Source: an uncultured Clostridia bacterium
Lineage (GTDB): Bacteria; Bacillota; Clostridia; Christensenellales; UBA1242
Direction: 5' to 3'
NCBI GenBank assembly: GCA_944383355.1
Contig: CALWPF010000003.1
Coordinates: forward strand, 4,246 to 68,245
Length of the DNA: 64,000 nt
Position 1 is the first letter of the stretch, and each line of letters opens with the position of its first letter. Below the pieces are notes generated by a model that searched no databases, was not told where the DNA came from, and saw nothing but the letters and a program-made list of their open reading frames with translations. The position numbers and the translations under genes are program-made. Below, piece after piece: positions 51,773 through 60,747 of the stretch.

Positions 51773-51797
51773 AGAATAGGTAGCAACTACCTATTCC
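51773..51797 (-). terminator. Hairpin between the two giant genes (weak U tract)
   Basis: GAATAGGTAG-caa-CTACCTATTC. Confidence 0.5.
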
Positions 51798-51805
51798 CAC
51801 ATCAT

Positions 51806-54800
51806 TTATACATATTGTATCAACAAGATACCATCAGTCTCGCTAGTTACAAATGTAGGCAACTTGCCATCAATATTAACTACTTGTGTATTAAACTCCG
51901 TATCACTTATACTTAGTGTCAGCGGTACATTTAGAGTGTCAAGGCTTGTTAAGTCATTTTCATAAAGCGCAACATTCTCACCAAAACTACCCTCTCCCAC
52001 TGCTGGAGTATAAGAGTATACAGACTGTCTAATAGTAGCTAGAGCACTACTCTGTGATCCATTGTAGCCAACCAAGTTACCCATACATTGAGATCCTTCC
52101 TCAAGCTCATTACCATCTTGGGTCTCATTGCCATTAGCATCTGTAGTAATAATACCATTATTATAACAGTTAGTGATATAACCACCACTATTTACACTAC
52201 CTACTATGCCCCCCATACGAGCAGCAAGTCCAACTTCATTACTACCACGAACTGCTGTAATGGTACCATAATTTGCGCAATATGTCACTATAGCAACATC
52301 ATTCTCCGCCACAATTCCAGCACTAGCCAAATTACCACCATAACGAATTGGTGAAGCCGTAATAGTACCATAATTTACACAGCCAGATATTACTGAATAA
52401 ATGTACTGAGTGGTATCGCTACCTTCTGGCATAATGGTAGCATTTTGACAAACTATACCACCGGCTTGATTTGATCTAATATCACCAGAATTATATGGAT
52501 TGTAATTACCAGCATGACGAACACCATTTACACAGTTTATTATGCTACCACCAGCATTTTGTGCTGCAATACCACCGATATAGATTGGTGAACTGGAGTT
52601 TGTCAAAGTGATGCTAATTAAATTGGTACTCCCACTAATCATTCCTACTCCAACGTAAGAAGTTATGTCGTTGTCACTGATTACTTTTTTACCATTGTAA
52701 CCTGCTATACCACCAAAGAACAATCCTGCTCCTTGGAAACCGTCTGTATTGATTACAGATTGATATTCACTACCAGTGAAATTATCAATAGTACGACTAG
52801 TGCAATTCACAATGTATCCATAATTACTATTAGTCAATATACCCTTTAACCCGTTAGCATAAGATCCATTTAGATCCATAGATGAAATTTCCATCTTTAG
52901 GTTTGTTATAATTCCATACTTGTTATAGAAAGCATCATCTACAATAGTATCCTCAACATCACCACCTAAAATGGTATTAAACAAAGCAAAATCATCAGCT
53001 CCGTCATATATAATGTTTTTGATTGAGTAATTATTTCCGTTAATACCACCAGCAAATTCCAAATCGTCAAATGGATAATTTTCGGTATCTGCTGGCACTG
53101 GGATATTGCTTGTTTGCCCATCCATAAGTGCCTCTAACTCAATATCAGTTGTCAACTCAAAATAACTCTCTAGCAAATAATATACATAACTTAATCTAGT
53201 AGAATTATCTATTTCAAATGGATTTTCACGACTACCATTACCTACTGCGAACTTGGTGAATGCCTTGTCATACAAGTATGTAGGAGCACTACGTATAGCA
53301 GACTGGTCTTGCTTTAATACACTAATACGGAAACTATATGTACCATACTCAAAGAATTGACCTATAGTGCTTATATCCTCACCCGTAATGTACTTAGTTT
53401 CCCATCTGCTTTCACCATTTTTCCTGTACTCTAGCATAATAAGGTCTGGCTTTAGCATGTAACTACCTTGTGCATCATCAGGAACAACAATATTTGCCGA
53501 TGATATATCCCATAAGAGGTTAAGTATCATATCATCTGTAGTAAATCCCTCTATCGCACCAAATTGATAAGCTGAAATTGTGGCAGGGTTACTATTAAGA
53601 TAAGAATCTTGATCAGCATATCCAGATGACTCTGTACTACCATTTACAAATACCGAGACATCATATCTAGGTGAAGTTGAACCTTGGTAATTATTGTCTG
53701 TTTGTGTAATCAAGTAGGTAGAACCTATTCCCATTAATTCTGACTGGTATTCTGGAGCACCATAAGACATTGATGTACTGTCTGTATAAGTACTAGATAT
53801 AGCTCCATTCAAAGGATTAACAATATCAATAGTAACTGTAGTCCGCAATGAGATATCATAATTACTAGGGTCTCCATAGGTTAAATTCGAACTAGAGGCA
53901 TTGTAGAACCACTCTATCTCGCCATATTCATTAATGTACAAAGATTTGTCGCCACTGGTTTTTGGTAAATCTGGCAATTTTACAATGTTTAGCAACTCTG
54001 GAGAATAAGCACTATTTACTACAGGCACAGCCCTACCAGAATCGCTATCACTACCCTCAAATCTAACTTTTATAGAATCATATGCCCCAACATACTCAGC
54101 CAAATCAGTAGACTTATCAGTCGTATAGATTATTTGATCATCAGTACCCTCTCTGCCATCAAGCACCAGCTTGTAATCTAGGTTTGAATGATTAGAAGTA
54201 TTGTAATCCCATACTAATTCACCATTCAAAACTTTTATATCTATATTATTACTGTATACTTGTACAATCATTCCATCTCCAGCGCTACTTGTCAAATATG
54301 CACTAGCACTAGTACGATCAGAATCACCTGTACCCATCCAATTGTTACCAACTGCACTAACCTGTACAGTATACCTTCCTTCATCTAGTCCTCGATCACT
54401 CATTATATATTGATCATTGATACCAATTGTCATAGTAGGGATATCTGTACCAGCAAGGTCTACTACATAGTTTGAAACTGCTATTGCACCTTGCTCATCT
54501 GTCTCCAAATCGACACGCTCATTACTCTCGTCTCTCATGCCCCACTCAATCTCACCATCTTCCACACGGAGATTTGTAACAGTAGATAGCTTGTTTACAG
54601 TCACAGCATTCGATATAACACTATTTACATATCCAACAAAATATCTAACAGCACCTATTGTAATATACTCGGTTGTACTAGTACCACCAACCACATCAAA
54701 TTGTATAGATACAGAACCAGAATTACAATTAGGCAAATAAGAATATATTGCACCCTCGGCTATAGTGTTGTACACATATGTCTCAGAAACATTCTCTTGA

Positions 54801-57800
54801 GTATATGTGATGTTATATGCGGTAGCACCAGTCCTGTGTTGCCACCTTATCATACCATCTTTTACAAACCAACCATCTGTGCCTGTCAAATTACCAAAGT
54901 CGGCAATGTATGTAGTGTTAGGATTTATAGTATCCAACTTTGTCACAATAGTACTTGATGTAATCAAATCAGAGGTTTGTTTTTCTCTATCATTACCAAG
55001 CGCTCTAACTTTTACAACATACATATCACCAGGTGTAAATACACTGTCAGATAAATCGTATGTAGTCTCACTGTATCCAAATACTCTAGTGAAAATAGCG
55101 TCCTCTGCCACTGTACCCTCACCCTCTGGATTAGGTGTATACTCATAGAAACTAATCTCAACACCGTTAAAATTCCTGTTGGTTACCCATGACATTACAC
55201 CACTAGAGTTTACACCAACTGTAGGAGCTTGGAACAATGTAGCACCATATACCGAGCTATAACTACTGTACAATACCACTTCCCTAGTACCAGAATCACT
55301 CTGATCTGCAGGTATTATGAATACATTTTCTACAGATGAATCAAGTATAGTATAAACATAAATACGCAATGAGCTTCCTGGAGAAATATAGTGCTCTGCA
55401 GATATGTTGCTAGTGCTGTATAAATCAGACAACGCTACACCATCAACAGCATCGGTCTCAGTAAATCCAGTAGGATTTTGTGAGCCCATTATACCTAGAC
55501 AACTTATATAAGTAGAAGATGTGGATGTATTACCATAATAAATAACTATACGGTAACGAATGTTGCTTGTAACTGTATCACTTGCGCCAGTCACAGGAGT
55601 CCAGTACAATCTATTGTCAGCAATGTGAACATCCAATGGAGCACTCAATCTCTGTACAATTGCCGTACTAGATGCGGCTGAATTTACATAATTTACCCAG
55701 CCTTCTTGACCTGAAACAATCTCCCCTTGGTCAACGCCTGCACCTAATACAGTGACTACTATCTCATACTTGCCACCTCGATATCCGTCTGCAATGCTTA
55801 GGCTTACCTGCGAATCAGTAGAATTAATAGTAACTGTCCTTGTCTCTGCTAAAGTGCGGATACCAGTAGCATCATAAGAATAAAGGCTAACTGAATACTG
55901 TAGACATTTACTACCATTCTCCAATACTACCGGTTCCCATTGTAATACAGTCCCCGTCTCGGCATTAATAGTTAATGTAGACAAATCAACAGCATTAAGT
56001 TTGGTCAGTAAAATAGCATTTTCTCTAGCATCTACCAAACTAGTACTCAGGGTGTTATCTTTGTCTGCCAAAGCCACAACGAATACAGATGTATAATTAC
56101 CAGCAGGAATTGCTAGGCTGGTATTATTTGCGTTTGACACAATTTCTGTTACTTGCTGTCCCAAAGCATTAGTCAAATATACAGCATATCTACTAACACT
56201 AGAGCCATCGGCATTCATTATCTCAGTCCAACGCAATAAACCATTGGATACGCTCAATGTAGGAGCACCCAAACGCTCGATGTTAATAGCACTGCTCTCA
56301 TAAGATGTAATCCTAGTAGTATTATCTCCTAACGCATATACAGTAATTGTATGATTACCTATCTTACTAAAATAAGATTCAGTCAAATTTAGTGATGTAC
56401 CATCTGTAACATTGATAACTTGCTCATCTTCTGCCCCCTTGTCTAGCACCACTTGATAACCATTAGCATAATTTACACTATTCCAGCTCAAAACGCTATC
56501 ACTTAGACGAATACCTTTTACTTGCGCCAATTGCCAGAAAGTACTAGTGATACTGTTACTGTTTACCAGATAAACTGTAGTATCTGTAGTATTGCTAACC
56601 AAAACTCTTACAGAAATCCTAGGTTGTGAATTGTCACTAAAGACATTATTTGCCATAACATATGTCAATCTATCCAACAAGTACCCCTCTTCGTCAACAG
56701 CATCAATCAAATAAGTCGTAGAATCTTTGTTGGTACTCAATTCATACTGCATAGTTATGCCATCTTTTAGCTTACCCAAGTTGTTTTCTAGATTCATATC
56801 TAATGGTGCAGTCCAAGTAATAACACCGTTCTGTGCTCTCAAGTTGGTAGGAGCGGCAACAAAATGCACCAAAATATAATCCGAATACTCACTCAAAACA
56901 TAACTACTGTTAGCAGTATCACCTTTTGCACGAATTTTGAAATAATAATTGTAATCTGTATTTAGACTACTCAAATATTCCCTTAGGTCGCTAACGGCGT
57001 TCATTGTAAATTCCAGAGTCTCATATTCAGTACGAGCCGCCTCATCACTCTCTCTCTCAATAACCAACTCATATGTTTGTACTGGCAAACTCGCCCCATA
57101 TGTATCTTGCCCAGTAAACGACAATTCACCATCAACTACTTGGACAGGTGCAGGCGTACGTAATTTTGTAGCAGAAACACTAACAGGATCACTATCTATG
57201 GTATTGGTGTAACTATCAGCACCTTTTGCGACCATGCTAAACTCCAACGCTCCTGTAGCGGCCTCATAATAATTACCAAATTGCTCTGCAGTAATCTCCA
57301 ACTCTGTCACATCATTAGCAATTGATACCGTCTCATTGTTATTATTAATGGTCAACGAATAACCAGCACTACCAGATACAGTATCCCATGACAATTTACC
57401 ATTTACTATCCCAAAAGAAGTAGGTGCTGCCAATTTTACAACCGAAATTGATTCACTCTCAACCCCTGCAATATATGAGGATCCAACACCTGGTTGTGCT
57501 TGTACCGTAATAGTGTTTTCCCCTTCCAACCACAAAGGCTCAGTCACATCACCTATGCCTATTTGCTCGCTGACACCAAAAGTATATGTCGTTTGACTAG
57601 TGCTAACTGTATGTCTTGGCAAACCATTGTGATAGATAGTGATCAAGTATTCACCAGCGTTGAATACACTATCCCATGTCAATACTATATCTTGACTTGC
57701 ATTCCTGTTGCCCATAGCCAAATCTTCAACTTGTCCCAACTGATAACGAGCGTTCTCAGTACTGATAGGGCTATCAACAACAGTTGTCCCGTCACCTATG

Positions 57801-59053
57801 GCATACATATAAACATAAAATTCGCTATATGTCTGTGACAATATCTCGCTAGGTATTTCGAATATAGTCTCTGATGCTTCAACATAACTAGCCATATAAG
57901 AGTAATCACTACCGGCATCAGAAACACCTAATTTGTATCTATATACCACTTTGTACCCAGTAGCTCCAGATACAGTACTCCATGTCAGATATTGAGCATT
58001 GTTACCAGATAGTACCATCTCACTTGGGGCACCTAATTTTTTGAAATCAATCCATGCAGAAGGATCAGAATCATATCTATCACTACCATCAGTGCCTAAT
58101 GCTGTTATACGGATAGAGTAATCCGCAGCAGCCAAGGTTTGAGGAATCTCAACACTAACTATCCAACCGTCATGTGTATCATTCTCTACTGCTGTCGCAT
58201 TCGCTATAGCATTATCCCACAATGCTTGATTGGTGCTATTTAACCTAGTGTGATTTTTACCGGTCCTCATATCCAGTGTATAATTTTGTAATAGTTTACC
58301 TTGTTCTTGAATAACTGGTGCATACATAGATGTGTTAAAAGTTAGCACAGTCACCCTAGCATCTGGCTCTGTAGTGCTACCAGTCGTAGATATAGCAATA
58401 TTTGTAGGTGCCAACAATTTTGTAAATGTTACAGTCTCACTAGATGGAGAATTTTCATACAAAATATCGTTTCCCAAAGTGCGTATGGTAACGCTATATG
58501 ACTCACCCGCTACAAAATCAGCATAAGCAGTAGCCGTCGTAGTGAATCTTTGGATAGTATGATTTGCTCCAGTACCACTGACAAAAGTCAACTCATATGT
58601 AGGAGTATATCCACTAACATTTACCGCATCCCACATTAGACAGGAATTTGTCTCATCATAACGGAAGTTAGCAGGAGTAGATAATGCAGTTTTTTGACTA
58701 ACTACCACAACCTGACAAGTATTCGTGTTTGCATCAGCATTTTGCAAACTGCGTACAGAAATTGTCACAGGCGTAGTGGTAGCACGAACAGCAGTTACTA
58801 ATCCCTCAGCACTAACAGTTACATACTCAGGATTACTACTAGAAAATTGCACTCCTTTATCCTCTTCTCTAGCCTCGCTAGGCAATACCTCATAATGCAA
58901 CTGATAACTAGTACCAACAGCCATTGTTAGTTCTTGCTCTTGTATCTCTACCAATGACACTACATATATTGGGTTGTTGTTGTTACAAGCCCCCAAAATT
59001 GGTATAGCGCAAACCATCATCAACATAGTCAAAAAAACATTAAGTTTTTTCAT
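51806..59053 (-). CDS. Giant (2415 aa) lipoprotein: Big_2 Ig domain, tandem FN3-like repeats and a C-terminal GLUG-type solenoid
   Basis: Lipobox LGAC; FSSSNPEYVTVSAEGLVTAV (Big_2); KL.AP...DG.L.W repeats; GNGSRENPFEI and GGIAGYN/GGIVG/NCYN.G.I repeats. Confidence 0.88.
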   Translation of the reverse strand: MKKLNVFLTMLMMVCAIPILGACNNNNPIYVVSLVEIQEQELTMAVGTSYQLHYEVLPSEAREEDKGVQFSSSNPEYVTVSAEGLVTAVRATTTPVTISVRSLQNADANTNTCQVVVVSQKTALSTPANFRYDETNSCLMWDAVNVSGYTPTYELTFVSGTGANHTIQRFTTTATAYADFVAGESYSVTIRTLGNDILYENSPSSETVTFTKLLAPTNIAISTTGSTTEPDARVTVLTFNTSMYAPVIQEQGKLLQNYTLDMRTGKNHTRLNSTNQALWDNAIANATAVENDTHDGWIVSVEIPQTLAAADYSIRITALGTDGSDRYDSDPSAWIDFKKLGAPSEMVLSGNNAQYLTWSTVSGATGYKVVYRYKLGVSDAGSDYSYMASYVEASETIFEIPSEILSQTYSEFYVYMYAIGDGTTVVDSPISTENARYQLGQVEDLAMGNRNASQDIVLTWDSVFNAGEYLITIYHNGLPRHTVSTSQTTYTFGVSEQIGIGDVTEPLWLEGENTITVQAQPGVGSSYIAGVESESISVVKLAAPTSFGIVNGKLSWDTVSGSAGYSLTINNNNETVSIANDVTELEITAEQFGNYYEAATGALEFSMVAKGADSYTNTIDSDPVSVSATKLRTPAPVQVVDGELSFTGQDTYGASLPVQTYELVIERESDEAARTEYETLEFTMNAVSDLREYLSSLNTDYNYYFKIRAKGDTANSSYVLSEYSDYILVHFVAAPTNLRAQNGVITWTAPLDMNLENNLGKLKDGITMQYELSTNKDSTTYLIDAVDEEGYLLDRLTYVMANNVFSDNSQPRISVRVLVSNTTDTTVYLVNSNSITSTFWQLAQVKGIRLSDSVLSWNSVNYANGYQVVLDKGAEDEQVINVTDGTSLNLTESYFSKIGNHTITVYALGDNTTRITSYESSAINIERLGAPTLSVSNGLLRWTEIMNADGSSVSRYAVYLTNALGQQVTEIVSNANNTSLAIPAGNYTSVFVVALADKDNTLSTSLVDARENAILLTKLNAVDLSTLTINAETGTVLQWEPVVLENGSKCLQYSVSLYSYDATGIRTLAETRTVTINSTDSQVSLSIADGYRGGKYEIVVTVLGAGVDQGEIVSGQEGWVNYVNSAASSTAIVQRLSAPLDVHIADNRLYWTPVTGASDTVTSNIRYRIVIYYGNTSTSSTYISCLGIMGSQNPTGFTETDAVDGVALSDLYSTSNISAEHYISPGSSLRIYVYTILDSSVENVFIIPADQSDSGTREVVLYSSYSSVYGATLFQAPTVGVNSSGVMSWVTNRNFNGVEISFYEYTPNPEGEGTVAEDAIFTRVFGYSETTYDLSDSVFTPGDMYVVKVRALGNDREKQTSDLITSSTIVTKLDTINPNTTYIADFGNLTGTDGWFVKDGMIRWQHRTGATAYNITYTQENVSETYVYNTIAEGAIYSYLPNCNSGSVSIQFDVVGGTSTTEYITIGAVRYFVGYVNSVISNAVTVNKLSTVTNLRVEDGEIEWGMRDESNERVDLETDEQGAIAVSNYVVDLAGTDIPTMTIGINDQYIMSDRGLDEGRYTVQVSAVGNNWMGTGDSDRTSASAYLTSSAGDGMIVQVYSNNIDIKVLNGELVWDYNTSNHSNLDYKLVLDGREGTDDQIIYTTDKSTDLAEYVGAYDSIKVRFEGSDSDSGRAVPVVNSAYSPELLNIVKLPDLPKTSGDKSLYINEYGEIEWFYNASSSNLTYGDPSNYDISLRTTVTIDIVNPLNGAISSTYTDSTSMSYGAPEYQSELMGIGSTYLITQTDNNYQGSTSPRYDVSVFVNGSTESSGYADQDSYLNSNPATISAYQFGAIEGFTTDDMILNLLWDISSANIVVPDDAQGSYMLKPDLIMLEYRKNGESRWETKYITGEDISTIGQFFEYGTYSFRISVLKQDQSAIRSAPTYLYDKAFTKFAVGNGSRENPFEIDNSTRLSYVYYLLESYFELTTDIELEALMDGQTSNIPVPADTENYPFDDLEFAGGINGNNYSIKNIIYDGADDFALFNTILGGDVEDTIVDDAFYNKYGIITNLKMEISSMDLNGSYANGLKGILTNSNYGYIVNCTSRTIDNFTGSEYQSVINTDGFQGAGLFFGGIAGYNGKKVISDNDITSYVGVGMISGSTNLISITLTNSSSPIYIGGIAAQNAGGSIINCVNGVRHAGNYNPYNSGDIRSNQAGGIVCQNATIMPEGSDTTQYIYSVISGCVNYGTITASPIRYGGNLASAGIVAENDVAIVTYCANYGTITAVRGSNEVGLAARMGGIVGSVNSGGYITNCYNNGIITTDANGNETQDGNELEEGSQCMGNLVGYNGSQSSALATIRQSVYSYTPAVGEGSFGENVALYENDLTSLDTLNVPLTLSISDTEFNTQVVNIDGKLPTFVTSETDGILLIQYV

Positions 59054-59220
59054 ATCGCACCTCTTTAATCTCTATCATTTGCTTTATTTACAAAAATAAA
59101 CAATTATCAGCAATAAATTTACTCAAGACGCAACAAAAAATTAGCTAAATTCTTGCAAACAGCAAAACACCTCTAATTTATTAAAAACTATTACAATATT
59201 CTACAAATTCTAGCAAAATA

Positions 59221-59250
59221 ATTTTATCATAACGGCGCAAACATAGTCAA
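59221..59250 (-). promoter_or_regulatory. Putative SigA promoter of the giant-protein operon
   Basis: Minus strand TTGACT-18 bp-TAAAAT with an extended TG. Confidence 0.55.
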
Positions 59251-59766
59251 ACGATTTTGTCTAATATAACGAATGTTTTTATACTTTTATTTCTTAATCT
59301 AAATGCCTATAAAAACAAGTAAAATCAGCCCATATCCCCCTCAAAAGATTACAACTTGTAATCGCTCAATAAAGCCATAGTTTGCCGACATAAAGTTAAA
59401 ATTTTAGCATACGCAAAGCTCCTTATTTAATTGATTTATACAATTACAAAAAATAGATCTACACAAAAAAATCAATTGAGAATGCAAATACCACATCTCA
59501 TAGATTTGATTGTATTAGAAAACCCAAAATAATCTAAGCACATTTTTTACCAATAAAACATTTTTACAAAATAAACGAAAAAATATATTGTGATAAATAA
59601 TTTATACGCATCAAATCAATGACGGTAAGATTTACGCAAAAAATTAAATGTGATTATTTATAGAATCACATGTATCGAAAATATTAAGGATTTTAATTAG
59701 ATTACATACAAATTATCGCAAAACACTAGTTACACCATCATTTGAATAAGTTGTTGGTAAAAAATC

Positions 59767-59795
59767 TTGACTTTCTCTTTGTAAGACTATAAAAT
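59767..59795 (+). promoter_or_regulatory. SigA-type promoter of the coiled-coil gene/RNA module
   Basis: TTGACT-17 bp-TAAAAT about 70 nt upstream of the ATG. Confidence 0.65.
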
Positions 59796-59864
59796 TAGGT
59801 AACTACTAAGTATTTTTATAAAGTCAATTAGTAAAGTTTTGCCATCAATAAAGGAAGTGTTAAA

Positions 59865-60350
59865 ATGAGAATTTGTAATGCAGAAGCAATGAAAATGATT
59901 AAAAGTTTTGAGGAAGATCTAGAAAGGATTAAAATCAACGAGGAGCTCAATGCAGTGTCTTCGTACAAAGAAGGCGAAGATAAAATTTTGCCTAATTATG
60001 ATTATGCAGAAACAAGACAGGAAAAGGAAAAAATAAACGCCGAAATAAGAAAAATAAAACATGCATTATCTGTCGCTAATAGCACATACAAAATTAATTA
60101 TTTTGACATCACCATTGGCGAAGCTCTTGTGTACCTAGCGCAGTTAAACAAAGAATATAGTGATCTTGAAAACTTAGCAAATAGACGAAAAATTACAAGA
60201 CATATAACTCCAAATGGGGTGCTCGAATACATTGAGTGCAACTATGATCCAGAGCAAGTCAAAAAAGATCGCAAAGAAATTTACACAAAAATTTGTAGAT
60301 TACAGGTAGCAATCGACCGTGCCAACCTTGATTGTGAAATTGAACTTTAG
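59865..60350 (+). CDS. Helical-hairpin coiled-coil protein, DIP1984/DUF6847-like
   Basis: AEAMK, EGED...P.YDY.ET, IRKIKHAL..AN, ITIGEALVYLAQL, NYDPEQV, LQVAIDRAN pattern recognised by eye; AAGGAAG RBS. Confidence 0.7.
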   Translation: MRICNAEAMKMIKSFEEDLERIKINEELNAVSSYKEGEDKILPNYDYAETRQEKEKINAEIRKIKHALSVANSTYKINYFDITIGEALVYLAQLNKEYSDLENLANRRKITRHITPNGVLEYIECNYDPEQVKKDRKEIYTKICRLQVAIDRANLDCEIEL

Positions 60351-60580
60351 TTGTTTTCCCTCAATTAGCACGTTGATAATCTAAGGTTGCTGGTTATAGT
60401 TTAGGCTGATTATAGTTAATGCTTTTCCAATTATTTCTTTTTGGTTAAAGTTTATATGTTAAAAAAGAAGTAGGACAAAGAAGTTCCATTTAAAAGGCTT
60501 AAATTGAAAAAACTTTGGCTTGCTTAACCTCTTGGGGTTGAGTAAGTTACAGCGAGGAAGTATCGGGTTATAATCGCTCC
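60351..60580 (+). ncRNA. Putative structured RNA co-transcribed downstream of the coiled-coil gene
   Basis: 14-bp G-U-rich hairpin at 60517-60548, further nested helices, three TG(G/A)TTA(T/A)AGTT(T/A)A copies; no ORF; lies before the terminator. Confidence 0.5.
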
Positions 60581-60606
60581 TTTGAAAAAATTTTTTTAAT
60601 TTATAT

Positions 60607-60639
60607 AAAAAAGACAAGCCGTATTTTGCTTGTCTTTTT
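60607..60639. terminator. Bidirectional terminator
   Basis: AAAAAGACAAGC-cgtatttt-GCTTGTCTTTTT. Confidence 0.85.
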
Positions 60640-60747
60640 GTCTATGTATGCCACTGCATAAAAAACTTAAACATATAATTTAATACATAAACAATATAGA
60701 TTCCAACCAAAAAGTGCATTATTTACAAAGTGATATGGTAAAAACTA

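Noticed and set aside
39463-59053. Diversity-generating retroelement or phase-variable cassette acting on the giant genes
   Set aside because: No reverse transcriptase, recombinase or adenine-variant template/variable repeat pair seen by eye; a self dot-plot would be decisive
60351-60580. Possible CRISPR or mini-array
   Set aside because: Repeats are only about 13 nt, irregularly spaced, with no cas genes; reported as a putative ncRNA instead
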